DNA from: a virus
Direction: 5' to 3' (one strand)
Length of the DNA: 64,000 nt
Virus record (IMG/VR): IMGVR_UViG_3300023174_000079
Coordinates: 54,974-118,973 of that record
Each line of letters begins with the position of its first letter. The stretch's first letter is position 1. Made by a program: the position numbers and the translations under genes. Below are positions 55,781 to 64,000 of this stretch, piece by piece. The notes beneath the pieces are model-generated. The model did no database searches. It was not told the origin of the DNA and was given only the letters and a program-made list of their open reading frames with translations.

Positions 55781-58558
55781 ATGGATTATCCAAAATATTA
55801 CGGCAATTATATGGGCATCGTCGTACAAAACAATGATCCTCAATACAGAGGTCGTGTCAAGGTATTCGTGCCGCATATCACGCCAACAGTCTATAAGAAC
55901 TGGATAGAAAATAGCGATCAACAACCTGCTGTTGATCGTGTGTTTAAATTTATTGGCTCAAACATAGGAAGTGATCTTACAAATATTATTGACGACTTAA
56001 AATTAATTCTTCCTTGGGCTGAAATTGCCTCTCCTATTACCGGAGAATCAAGCGCTGGTCGGTACCATGCAGCGTCAAAGAAAGCAACTACAAGTGACGG
56101 TAGTAACTATAATTACCTCTTCGGATCAAACCCGACGCCATATTCTCAAAATTCTGACAATATAGCTGAAAAACCAGGTCATATCTATGATATGGCGACT
56201 GTCAATCTAAGTGATGCATTTAATAACCCTCAACTTACAAACGTTAATAATGTCAATAAGCTAAGCTATAACTATACTCCAGAGTGTTATAGTAATAGTG
56301 GTAAAGGTTCCTTTGCTGTTCCAAATGTAGGATCACACGTATGGGTATTCTTTAATGCTGGTGACCCATTAAAGCCGGTTGTTTTTAGCGTTTCGTACGG
56401 TGCTTCAGAATGGAATTCCATTTATGACGCTGTAGCAGGTCAACCCGGGTTAGACTATCCCGGTGAATGGGAGAATGCATCAACAGGATCCGGTACTATT
56501 AACGCCGAAACCTATCGCAACAAGTATGTTATCAATCAAAAAGGTGGTACATTAGCTTTTGTAAATACAGATAATAGAGAGATTTTAAAGCTAACTCATT
56601 ATTCAGGATCATTCAAAGAGTTTAATAATCAGGCTAATATTGAACTCGCAACCAATAATGACCAGAAACTAGTCCTCGGCGACTTGTTTCAAACAGTTAG
56701 AGGTACGAGAAACGAATTTACCCAACGTGATTATGATAACGTTATCGCAGGAGATCACTATCGTAAGGTCGGTGATTTAAATGTCGCGCTCTATCAGCAG
56801 TGGAAATCAATTATGAATCCAATTGCTGATATCAGGCAATTATTCGATATTCGTAGAACAAATGGTGTTGTAGATAACAGCGTAGCTAATTTATTAAAAC
56901 TTAATGGTACCGGTCAAACAAAAAATGGAAACCCAGCATTATGCCCTGTTTGCGCTGATGCTAATAATACAGTACTAGCTCTCAATAATTCGTTTGCACC
57001 TGGTTATAGAGCCATGACAAACACTGTATATACAGGTAATACTATTGGTGATGGTGTTGGTAAACAAACTCTGACTGGCTTGGACTCGATAATTCGTGAT
57101 GTTACTCCAAGTAGTTTTCTCGCTGGTTTAAATGTAGGATCTCTTCTTAATTTAATTAAATCGACTGTCGGTCCTTTTAATCCACAAGCTAGTGTTATTA
57201 CTGCTTTCACAGGTGGTAATACATCTACAGCTATTGTAGGTACCGATCGATCTACATTGCCTCATAGACCAGGTTTTCCTGCCGGGCATAAATGCCCAGC
57301 TTGCGGTGGTACGGGATTAAGTCCGAGTTCATTTAATGGTGTCTGGGCAGTAGAGACAAAGAAGACTGTCGATCTGCCAAACATGATGCTTGCTGCAGTA
57401 CCACAGCTAGCAAAGCTTGAAGCTCTTATGGGCCAAGGTGGTTCAGAGATTTTAGAAATTACAAAACATAAAGTCGAAACTATTGGCACGGTAATGAATG
57501 ATTGGGGGGCTATTCGTATTGACCCTTTAGGTAAGATGGAACCAGCTTATGTTCAAGTACATCCTGGTGCTTCATTAACGATTAACAAACCGTCACCGCT
57601 TATTGAGCAAGTTATGGTCGATGATCTCCCGGGCGGTACATATACTCTCAATGTCTGTAATCGCTATAATGTTCTTGTTGGAGCAGGTGGAGTTAATCTC
57701 AAGTCTTATGGTGTAGTTAATATCTCCGGTGCTATGACAAATATTGCCGGCGAACAGGTTAACATAGGTAGTGCAAATGAAGTCAATATTGACGGTGGTA
57801 AACGCTTGTCGCTCGTTGGAGATATCGTTCATATTAAACAGCGTAATAACGAACAAGTGCTACTTGATGGTGATGTCGGTATTTCAGGTAATCTATACAT
57901 TAAAGGTGGAGTGTATGTTGAACAGAATCTTGCAGCTCAATCCACCGATACCCCTCAGCGTAAGCGTCAAACCGACTCTACTATTGTTAAGGGTAGCCCA
58001 GTATCAGATATGTGTACTGGTGTTGCTATTCCGATGGATACAGCGGGTCAAGTTCTTGATCCTACAACAAGAGAATTAAAACCAGGAGGTGGTACACCAG
58101 TGTATATGGGATACACGGATACAACAAGACCTGTCGGTGGGATTCCCGTAGGCACAGTTATCGGTCAGGTTATTGTAGGTGGGGTTACGTATAGTGTAAC
58201 TGCAATTGCAGCAAACGTAACAGGTGTCGCAAGTGGTGGCTTGATGATTAATGGTACAGGCTCAACAAATTTAAGCTTAAGAGGCTTACCGCCTTCCGAG
58301 GTGCAAAAATTGATTAATGCATCAAAGATACCGACTTCTGGTGGAGCTAATCAATTCCCAATTATGAATCTCGGTACAGGTGCTCATGCTGACTCACACG
58401 TTATGGCGCCTCATACTCATAGTCATGATGAAGGTGAAGTGGGCTCTCACATGGCTATACGTCAAATAGCTATGTCGGGTTTAGTTGCTTACGATAATAC
58501 AGACTTCGGCGACACTAAGACAGCTAAGCCATATGATAAGGTATCTTATCTTGCTTAA
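55781..58558 (+). CDS. 5: gp5-like baseplate hub/spike protein
   Basis: Y.G.VVQNNDP...GRVKV..P OB fold, PNVGSHVWVFF..GD, HYSGSFKEF, beta-helix repeats, C-terminal HTHSH. Confidence 0.8.
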   Translation: MDYPKYYGNYMGIVVQNNDPQYRGRVKVFVPHITPTVYKNWIENSDQQPAVDRVFKFIGSNIGSDLTNIIDDLKLILPWAEIASPITGESSAGRYHAASKKATTSDGSNYNYLFGSNPTPYSQNSDNIAEKPGHIYDMATVNLSDAFNNPQLTNVNNVNKLSYNYTPECYSNSGKGSFAVPNVGSHVWVFFNAGDPLKPVVFSVSYGASEWNSIYDAVAGQPGLDYPGEWENASTGSGTINAETYRNKYVINQKGGTLAFVNTDNREILKLTHYSGSFKEFNNQANIELATNNDQKLVLGDLFQTVRGTRNEFTQRDYDNVIAGDHYRKVGDLNVALYQQWKSIMNPIADIRQLFDIRRTNGVVDNSVANLLKLNGTGQTKNGNPALCPVCADANNTVLALNNSFAPGYRAMTNTVYTGNTIGDGVGKQTLTGLDSIIRDVTPSSFLAGLNVGSLLNLIKSTVGPFNPQASVITAFTGGNTSTAIVGTDRSTLPHRPGFPAGHKCPACGGTGLSPSSFNGVWAVETKKTVDLPNMMLAAVPQLAKLEALMGQGGSEILEITKHKVETIGTVMNDWGAIRIDPLGKMEPAYVQVHPGASLTINKPSPLIEQVMVDDLPGGTYTLNVCNRYNVLVGAGGVNLKSYGVVNISGAMTNIAGEQVNIGSANEVNIDGGKRLSLVGDIVHIKQRNNEQVLLDGDVGISGNLYIKGGVYVEQNLAAQSTDTPQRKRQTDSTIVKGSPVSDMCTGVAIPMDTAGQVLDPTTRELKPGGGTPVYMGYTDTTRPVGGIPVGTVIGQVIVGGVTYSVTAIAANVTGVASGGLMINGTGSTNLSLRGLPPSEVQKLINASKIPTSGGANQFPIMNLGTGAHADSHVMAPHTHSHDEGEVGSHMAIRQIAMSGLVAYDNTDFGDTKTAKPYDKVSYLA

Positions 58559-58715
58559 GATATTCCTTTTTATTAAGCATCCAATCTAATAAAGCTCTCT
58601 CAAAACCTACATCCCTACCGGCACGTTCAGACATATACCATTTATTTCTAAGTATATGCTCTCTCTCCGCTGCAAACTTCTTATAGAGTAAAGTGTCCTC
58701 TAGAAGAAGTGTCAT
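58524..58715 (-). CDS. DUF4032-like small protein
   Basis: AEREHILRNKWYMSERAGRDVGFERALLDW; TAAATA-5-ATG. Confidence 0.75.
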   Translation of the reverse strand: MTLLLEDTLLYKKFAAEREHILRNKWYMSERAGRDVGFERALLDWMLNKKEYLKQDKIPYHMA

Positions 58716-58726
58716 AAAGGTATTTA

Positions 58727-59266
58727 TTAAGACGTATAAATTGTCTCGTTACATAGAATAAAAATCGTAAAACTACTAAATGATTGATAAGCCGGAACAC
58801 TCTTTGTATTAAAAGCATTTTCGTAGAGCGATTCAAGAGTAATATCGATATTTGAAATTTTTGACAAACAATGACCGTCAATAGGGTATACGCCCTTTTT
58901 TAAGAAGGCGTAACATTCATCGCAGGATAGATTATACTCTTTAAGTAAATTTTTATATACATCTATATCAATATTGTCTGTTGTTAAGATAGTATTAAAT
59001 TTTCTAAGTTGATTAATAAGAGGAAAATATTTTTCGCGTATATGTATTTTTATACCTCTAAAAAAAACAGCTTCAAGATTAGCTGTCGGTAAAACATGAA
59101 TAATATCTTTTGTATTATATTTTGATTTTACTTTAATACGCTGTTGATCGTACAAACTCTTTAATTGAAAGCCAATAATACTATATGGGTATTTCTTTTC
59201 AGAAAGAACAGAAAATTTATCAAGCTCTAATGGCTCTTGTGTATTATTAATATCAACTAATGTCAT
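58727..59266 (-). CDS. Hypothetical protein
   Basis: 179-aa ORF; TGGATA-17-TATAAT-6-ATG. Confidence 0.65.
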   Translation of the reverse strand: MTLVDINNTQEPLELDKFSVLSEKKYPYSIIGFQLKSLYDQQRIKVKSKYNTKDIIHVLPTANLEAVFFRGIKIHIREKYFPLINQLRKFNTILTTDNIDIDVYKNLLKEYNLSCDECYAFLKKGVYPIDGHCLSKISNIDITLESLYENAFNTKSVPAYQSFSSFTIFILCNETIYTS

Positions 59267-59308
59267 GTCTGTATTATACTACAGACTCAGACTATTATCC
59301 ACTTTGAA

Positions 59309-59695
59309 TTAATGTGTACCTAGCGCATGATTTATTATTAATGCAACGAAGGTTGTAATTGTCGCAATCACCGCTGTTGTTAAACCTGCTCTCAATTGAT
59401 GTGATCCAGCAGCAGCTACTTTCTTGTTTTCAAACTCATGTGATATTTGATATGAAATGTGAGAGAATCTCTCGTTAACAATTTCTGTAATATTATCAAA
59501 CTTCAATGACATTTCACTCTCCATGGATTTAAAACTTGAATCAAGTTTTTCTTCAAGAGAATCTAATCTATGCTCAATACTTGTAATTTGATTTAGGATA
59601 GATGGCTTGCCATTACCTTGATAAACGGTTTTATACAAATATTCAACATCAGACTTTAGCTTATTAATTTCAGCTGGTTTAATAGAAACACGCAT
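59309..59695 (-). CDS. Coiled-coil protein with C-terminal transmembrane helix (possible lysis/membrane protein)
   Basis: VYQGNGKPS, coiled coil, hydrophobic AGLTTAVIATITTFVALII. Confidence 0.6.
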   Translation of the reverse strand: MRVSIKPAEINKLKSDVEYLYKTVYQGNGKPSILNQITSIEHRLDSLEEKLDSSFKSMESEMSLKFDNITEIVNERFSHISYQISHEFENKKVAAAGSHQLRAGLTTAVIATITTFVALIINHALGTH

Positions 59696-59715
59696 ATAAA
59701 ACGAAATATATAAAA

Positions 59716-59949
59716 TTATTTAATCTGGAAGGAATATGAAAGAATACCTTTTGGAAGAGAATATACTTTTCCCTGCATTTTTCCCTGCCTACTCTTTACA
59801 ACAACCGTTAGCTTATCTTTTGTTACAACAGGTCCATTGATAATTTCAACATCACCAAGGTTGATCTTATAACTCGTAATTCCGTTCTCGGTATCAAACA
59901 CGGATATAGTATTTTTGTTTGCTGCGACTGCAGAATATAACTTCGCCAT
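59716..59949 (-). CDS. Hypothetical late protein
   Basis: MAKLYSAV... start at 59949 preceded by TAAATA-5-ATG. Confidence 0.6.
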   Translation of the reverse strand: MAKLYSAVAANKNTISVFDTENGITSYKINLGDVEIINGPVVTKDKLTVVVKSRQGKMQGKVYSLPKGILSYSFQIK

Positions 59950-60007
59950 AATAGTATTTATGAATATATGGTAATTTATGTTATTAAGATAAATAATTCT
60001 GTAGTAT

Positions 60008-62125
60008 ATGCCGACAATCACTAAGATTTTATTTCGCCGTGGTCTAGATAGCTCACGCCAGACCGTAACTCTTAATTTAGGAGAGCCTGGATATAGCACA
60101 GATACAAAGCGCTTATTTGTCGGCGATGGCGTTACACCAGGAGGTACGGCTGTCGGTATTGTTAATTACGGTGCTATAGCAGCTCTTTCAGGTAGCTATA
60201 CTTACAGTTCGGTACAGACAAATCTCGCGCAGGCAGCGTTTATTAAGCTTAGTGCTGCTAATATTGGAGATATTGTTTATGATCAAGCTAGCACATCAGT
60301 TTATAGCGTATCAAGTATTACTAATAACGGTGTAACGAATTTCATCGCTCTTTCAAACCTAGTACATTTTTATAGCACGACAGATTATAATACAAATCAA
60401 TTTTACTATAATGGCGCGAAATTAACAATACAAAATGGTCAAAACGGTCAGGGCTATGGTGTTGGTATTAACGAGCTTAATTCTTCTGTGACTGCCGGTT
60501 CTCCTACACTCTCAGGCGGAAGCGGTGGTGTACTCGGCGTTAAGACAGGTGGTATTGGTAATGCTTTTATAGCTCCTGGATCAAATAATAGCGTAAAGAT
60601 TACAAATAGTACAGGATCTGTAACTGATGTTATTATCGGTCAAAATCAATTTTTAGGCCAAACAAATGTAGGTAGTGCTACATTAAGAGCTGTAACTCTT
60701 GTAGCTACTGGTGGTATTACGCTAAGCGCTTCATCTGACACTCTTAGCTTTAATGCTCCGGTAGGTATACCGCAGAGCGGTGGATTTTTAACAGGTGTAT
60801 TAAGCGCTTTAAATATTTATAGTGGTAAATTTGTAACAGATGTTACACCTGTCGGATCAAATGATGTTGTTAATTTGAATTATATAAACAGTAATTTTAA
60901 TTGTATAACGCCTGCTCTTTTATCAAAATATCTACCACTTACAGGCGGTACAATGTCAGGGTCGTTGTCAACCACAAGTTATGTTGCAGCTAATAACGGT
61001 TTTTATTCAAGAAATAATTACACAGGTAGCTATACCGGTGGCATCGTTGTTGATTACGTAACAGGTAATGGTAGAATTAGTGTCGGTACTGCTGATGCAA
61101 TAACGTTTTACAACGGCGGACTTGCTTCAACAGCTCTATTAACTCTTTCAGGCAGTAATGTGGGTATTGGTACAAGTTCACCCAATGCTGCTCTTTCTTT
61201 TGGAACAGGTTATGTTGGTACACCGAGTCAAGCTAATGTAGTTCGTCTTTATGATAACGGTTCTAATAGCTATGGCTTTGGCATATCACCAAATACATTA
61301 AACATCGTTTCACCAGCTAATACACTATTTACCAATAATAGTTTAAGCGCTATATATATTGCTAGCACAGGTAATGTTGGTGTCGGTACAACAGCACCGA
61401 GCTATGTACTCGATGTAGCTAGTACAAGTGGTGTTGTAAGATTTACAAAAACCGGTGGCTCGTCAAGTTATATTGTTAACGGTGCTACTAGTAGTACCTT
61501 TTCATATGATGTTGCAGGTAATAATGCTTGGTCAGTAGAAGCTAATACAGTCGGTGCCTTTACTAATGGTACTCGCCGATTAACAATTGACTCTTCTGGT
61601 AGTGTTTATACTAACGGCGGGACACTAAGTGCTTCACGTTTATACGCTACTAATAATACACCAACATCGAATAGTGAATTAACAACCAAAACTTACGTAG
61701 ATTCAATACTACCAGCTGGAACTGTAGCATATTACGCTGCTACTACACCACCTACTGGCTGGCTTAAGGCAAATGGAGCTGTACTATCGCGTACAACATA
61801 TGCAAATCTTTTCACAGCTATTGGATTAACCTGGACACAAACCGGTGATGGGCCTACAAACTTCCGTCTCCCGGATTTACGCGGTCAGTTTATTCGCGGA
61901 TATGATGATGGAGCAGGTGTTGACTCAGGCAGAGGATTTGGTACAAATCAAACTGATGCGTTTAAGAGCCATACTCACTCGTACACTTATAGAAGCGGTA
62001 CAGCTAATCAATCAGGAAGTTCTACACCGTGCTGGAATGGTACTTCAACACAACAGACAGGTGCTACCGGTGATACTGAAACCCGTCCAAAGAACGTAGC
62101 CCTCCTTGCCTGTATTAAGTACTAA
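60008..62125 (+). CDS. Tail fibre protein with N-terminal Mtd/hyaluronidase-like anchor and C-terminal collar domain
   Basis: RRG....LGEPGYSTDTKRLFVGDG; GNVGIGT repeats; PAGTV..YA..TPPTGWL.ANG..LSRTTYA.LF.AIG, LPDLRGQFIRG, SHTH, ETRPKNVALL.CIKY. Confidence 0.9.
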   Translation: MPTITKILFRRGLDSSRQTVTLNLGEPGYSTDTKRLFVGDGVTPGGTAVGIVNYGAIAALSGSYTYSSVQTNLAQAAFIKLSAANIGDIVYDQASTSVYSVSSITNNGVTNFIALSNLVHFYSTTDYNTNQFYYNGAKLTIQNGQNGQGYGVGINELNSSVTAGSPTLSGGSGGVLGVKTGGIGNAFIAPGSNNSVKITNSTGSVTDVIIGQNQFLGQTNVGSATLRAVTLVATGGITLSASSDTLSFNAPVGIPQSGGFLTGVLSALNIYSGKFVTDVTPVGSNDVVNLNYINSNFNCITPALLSKYLPLTGGTMSGSLSTTSYVAANNGFYSRNNYTGSYTGGIVVDYVTGNGRISVGTADAITFYNGGLASTALLTLSGSNVGIGTSSPNAALSFGTGYVGTPSQANVVRLYDNGSNSYGFGISPNTLNIVSPANTLFTNNSLSAIYIASTGNVGVGTTAPSYVLDVASTSGVVRFTKTGGSSSYIVNGATSSTFSYDVAGNNAWSVEANTVGAFTNGTRRLTIDSSGSVYTNGGTLSASRLYATNNTPTSNSELTTKTYVDSILPAGTVAYYAATTPPTGWLKANGAVLSRTTYANLFTAIGLTWTQTGDGPTNFRLPDLRGQFIRGYDDGAGVDSGRGFGTNQTDAFKSHTHSYTYRSGTANQSGSSTPCWNGTSTQQTGATGDTETRPKNVALLACIKY

Positions 62126-62140
62126 GCTATAATATAGCTA

Positions 62141-62506
62141 GTGAAGGTTTATAATTATAATCCCGATAATAGACTCTATACATTTGAAGAGGAAGCCGAT
62201 CCAGATCCTCTTGCTCCCGGTAGATGGTTAATACCGGCATATGCCACAACTATTAAACCACCTGAGGTAGGTGAGAGTCAAATAGCAATCTTTAAAGAAG
62301 AAGAGCAGGAGTGGGAAGTAGAGGTAATCAAACAACCTTCCATGCCTTATTATATTTTAAGAGCACGCGAATACCCTCCTATATTTGAATACATTGATGG
62401 TATTGTAAAGAATGATCACGAACAAATTAATAAGTATATTAGGGCTTGTCAAGAAGTAAAAGCTAAATATCCTAAACCCGATACAATAGACAATTATGAA
62501 ATTTGA
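62141..62506 (+). CDS. Tail fibre assembly chaperone-like protein
   Basis: VYNY......Y..EEEADPDPL..G.WLIPAYATTIKPP, R.REYP, VKAKYPKP. Confidence 0.8.
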   Translation: MKVYNYNPDNRLYTFEEEADPDPLAPGRWLIPAYATTIKPPEVGESQIAIFKEEEQEWEVEVIKQPSMPYYILRAREYPPIFEYIDGIVKNDHEQINKYIRACQEVKAKYPKPDTIDNYEI

Positions 62507-62723
62507 TAAACTAATAGAAGACTTTAATGTTTTACCAAAGAGTCAAAACGCTATTCAATCTGGACCTGATATTGGTATGACAACAGGGGATATAGCAGGT
62601 ACTTTTCCTAATCGAAATGGAGCTGTTATCGGTAATCTTTTACCTGATAATGTTCAAGTAAAACTCAAGAAAAAACACATCAATAAGATTTGTAATCTTC
62701 TGTCTTTAGCTCTTAAAGACTAA
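62496..62723 (+). CDS. Small putative head-internal protein
   Basis: MKFDKLIED leader, Gly-rich middle, Lys-rich end. Confidence 0.55.
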   Translation: MKFDKLIEDFNVLPKSQNAIQSGPDIGMTTGDIAGTFPNRNGAVIGNLLPDNVQVKLKKKHINKICNLLSLALKD

Positions 62724-63199
62724 TCAGTTATTTCCCAAGGAAATACAATCCAAGAATCATTTGGATATTCTGTAACGTAATAATCAGGAACAAATGTTGT
62801 ATGTGGTTTGGTGAAAAGGGTAGCGAACCTAAGATTATTAAGACCATAATTAGTCGCTAATTCATTCTTAATATACTCAAGGGTCGACCCACCATCGGAT
62901 ATATCATCAACAACTAATACCTTATCGTCACGATGTTTAAGAGCTAGACTATGACCAGGTTCTTGAATAGAGATAATAAACCCTGACTTCACATTCTTTT
63001 CATTGTACGTCTGTACGGAGAAGTTATGAACAATCTTTACATTAAGTCTATAGGCAAGTAGAGTGCCTGGGATCATTCCACCTCGACCAATCGTAATAAT
63101 AACATCAGGAATAAAATTATCGCCCTTAAGAAGTTCTTCAAGACTTGTTACACCATAAAAGATATCTGTCCAACCAAGGTTTTTAACTACTGTATCCAT
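62720..63199 (-). CDS. Type I purine phosphoribosyltransferase (Gpt-like)
   Basis: IGRGGMIP, PRPP loop VLVVDDISDGGST, WIVFPWE; TTGATT-16-TATAAT-6-ATG. Confidence 0.88.
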   Translation of the reverse strand: MDTVVKNLGWTDIFYGVTSLEELLKGDNFIPDVIITIGRGGMIPGTLLAYRLNVKIVHNFSVQTYNEKNVKSGFIISIQEPGHSLALKHRDDKVLVVDDISDGGSTLEYIKNELATNYGLNNLRFATLFTKPHTTFVPDYYVTEYPNDSWIVFPWEITD

Positions 63200-63233
63200 T
63201 TAAGCATTATATTATAAATGCTTTTTAAATCAA

Positions 63234-63554
63234 TTACTTTTTAACAAGAGCCCCAGCAGCTTTACTCAAGCGCATACAATCAACAACAATTCCGCTATAA
63301 TCGCCTTTTTGAGCACATACAGTTATACTCTTAATGAGCTTAGAAATTTCTTTTGGAGCTTTAATCTCTTCATTATCTTGACCGAGGTCACCGGATGTTA
63401 TACCCTGATCAAAAGTAGGACTAACTCCTGTTGATAATTGATTCTTGGTTGTCGAATGATTAATGTTCGCTGGTAAATTAACGCCGCTAGCAAGATCGCT
63501 ATTCTCTCTTACCTGTGCGTACGACTCATAGATGGCATACATATCATTAACCAT
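63234..63554 (-). CDS. Putative head-internal/late protein
   Basis: TAAATA-6-ATG; MVNDMYAIYESY..VRE leader. Confidence 0.6.
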   Translation of the reverse strand: MVNDMYAIYESYAQVRENSDLASGVNLPANINHSTTKNQLSTGVSPTFDQGITSGDLGQDNEEIKAPKEISKLIKSITVCAQKGDYSGIVVDCMRLSKAAGALVKK

Positions 63555-63570
63555 ATATACTATTTAGTAA

Positions 63571-63798
63571 ATGAGTAGGAAGAAACCAAAGATTGATATC
63601 GAGGAAATTAAAGAAGAGCTCAAGAATACTTGGTTTTGGTATAAAGTGTGTGAAGGATGTGAGACTGTGGTGATGTATGTAGAGACCTTTTGTCCGAAGT
63701 GTCGTGGATATCACTTCGATGAAAATCGTAAGCGTGTCATTAATGAAATCGTTTTAAAATACGAAGAAAAAATTAAGAGGAGTAATGACTTGGGATAA
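63571..63798 (+). CDS. Zinc-ribbon protein
   Basis: CEGC...CPKC. Confidence 0.65.
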   Translation: MSRKKPKIDIEEIKEELKNTWFWYKVCEGCETVVMYVETFCPKCRGYHFDENRKRVINEIVLKYEEKIKRSNDLG

Positions 63799-63985
63799 TC
63801 GGGGTATAGTGGTCGAGATGCTGACTTAAGAACACTACACGATCCATTAGTATTTTCTTTTCCTGACCTTTAGCCTTTTTAGCTCTTGTGTATAAATCCA
63901 AGACCATGTCTGAGGTAATGAGAGTTGTAATCTTCTTCTCATAAACAGGAGTATCACGCTCCTTCTTTTTTGTTGTCATGGCCAT
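63773..63985 (-). CDS. Hypothetical protein
   Basis: 70-aa ORF with TAAATA just upstream. Confidence 0.5.
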   Translation of the reverse strand: MAMTTKKKERDTPVYEKKITTLITSDMVLDLYTRAKKAKGQEKKILMDRVVFLSQHLDHYTPIIPSHYSS

Positions 63986-64000
63986 AATATTTAATCCTTT

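Noticed and set aside
60008-62125. Diversity-generating retroelement suggested by the Mtd-like N-terminus of the tail fibre
   Set aside because: No reverse transcriptase or template/variable repeat pair seen in the window; the C-terminus is a standard collar and tip, not a C-type lectin variable region.
1-64000. Stop-codon reassignment, introns or inteins in core genes
   Set aside because: gp43, gp46, UvsW, gp20, gp23 and others are full-length and uninterrupted in the standard code, with expected sizes.
1-64000. tRNA genes, rRNA or CRISPR arrays
   Set aside because: Intergenic spaces are very short and no cloverleaf or repeat-spacer periodicity was seen by eye; tRNAscan or a CRISPR finder would confirm.

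Overview
This 64 kb window is a gene-dense, AT-rich segment of a large T4-like (Tevenvirinae/Kyanoviridae-like) myovirus genome. It contains: (i) a replication/recombination block (probable uvsX start, gp43 polymerase, a glycosyltransferase, gp46/47, gp55, UvsW, UvsY, gp62, a DinG helicase); (ii) a cluster of small proteins with T4-style capsid-targeting N-termini, including a ligase-fold and HIGH-nucleotidyltransferase pair and a retropepsin; (iii) dispersed 7-deazaguanine genes (folE, queD, queE, queF) plus a compact TGT/DpdA-like, formyltransferase, Nmad1, kinase, QueF operon that suggests pre-replicative replacement of G by formyl-preQ1; (iv) a ~16 kb island of about 20 glycosyl- and methyltransferases with a GDP-mannose 3,5-epimerase; (v) a rearranged head module (15-20-13-4-21-core-22-23), gp5 and a tail fibre with its chaperone; (vi) four free-standing endonucleases. 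Two unusual observations stand out. An 85-aa ORF carries a 21/24-identical but synonymously diverged copy of the major capsid protein N-arm, fused to a poly-Lys tail. Many genes have their own sigma70-type or gp55-type promoter placed so that the start codon lies at about +1, implying widespread leaderless translation. A DUF4032-like small gene hints at a Verrucomicrobiota host. No tRNA, rRNA or CRISPR array was recognised. All family calls come from motif recognition by eye, not database searches.
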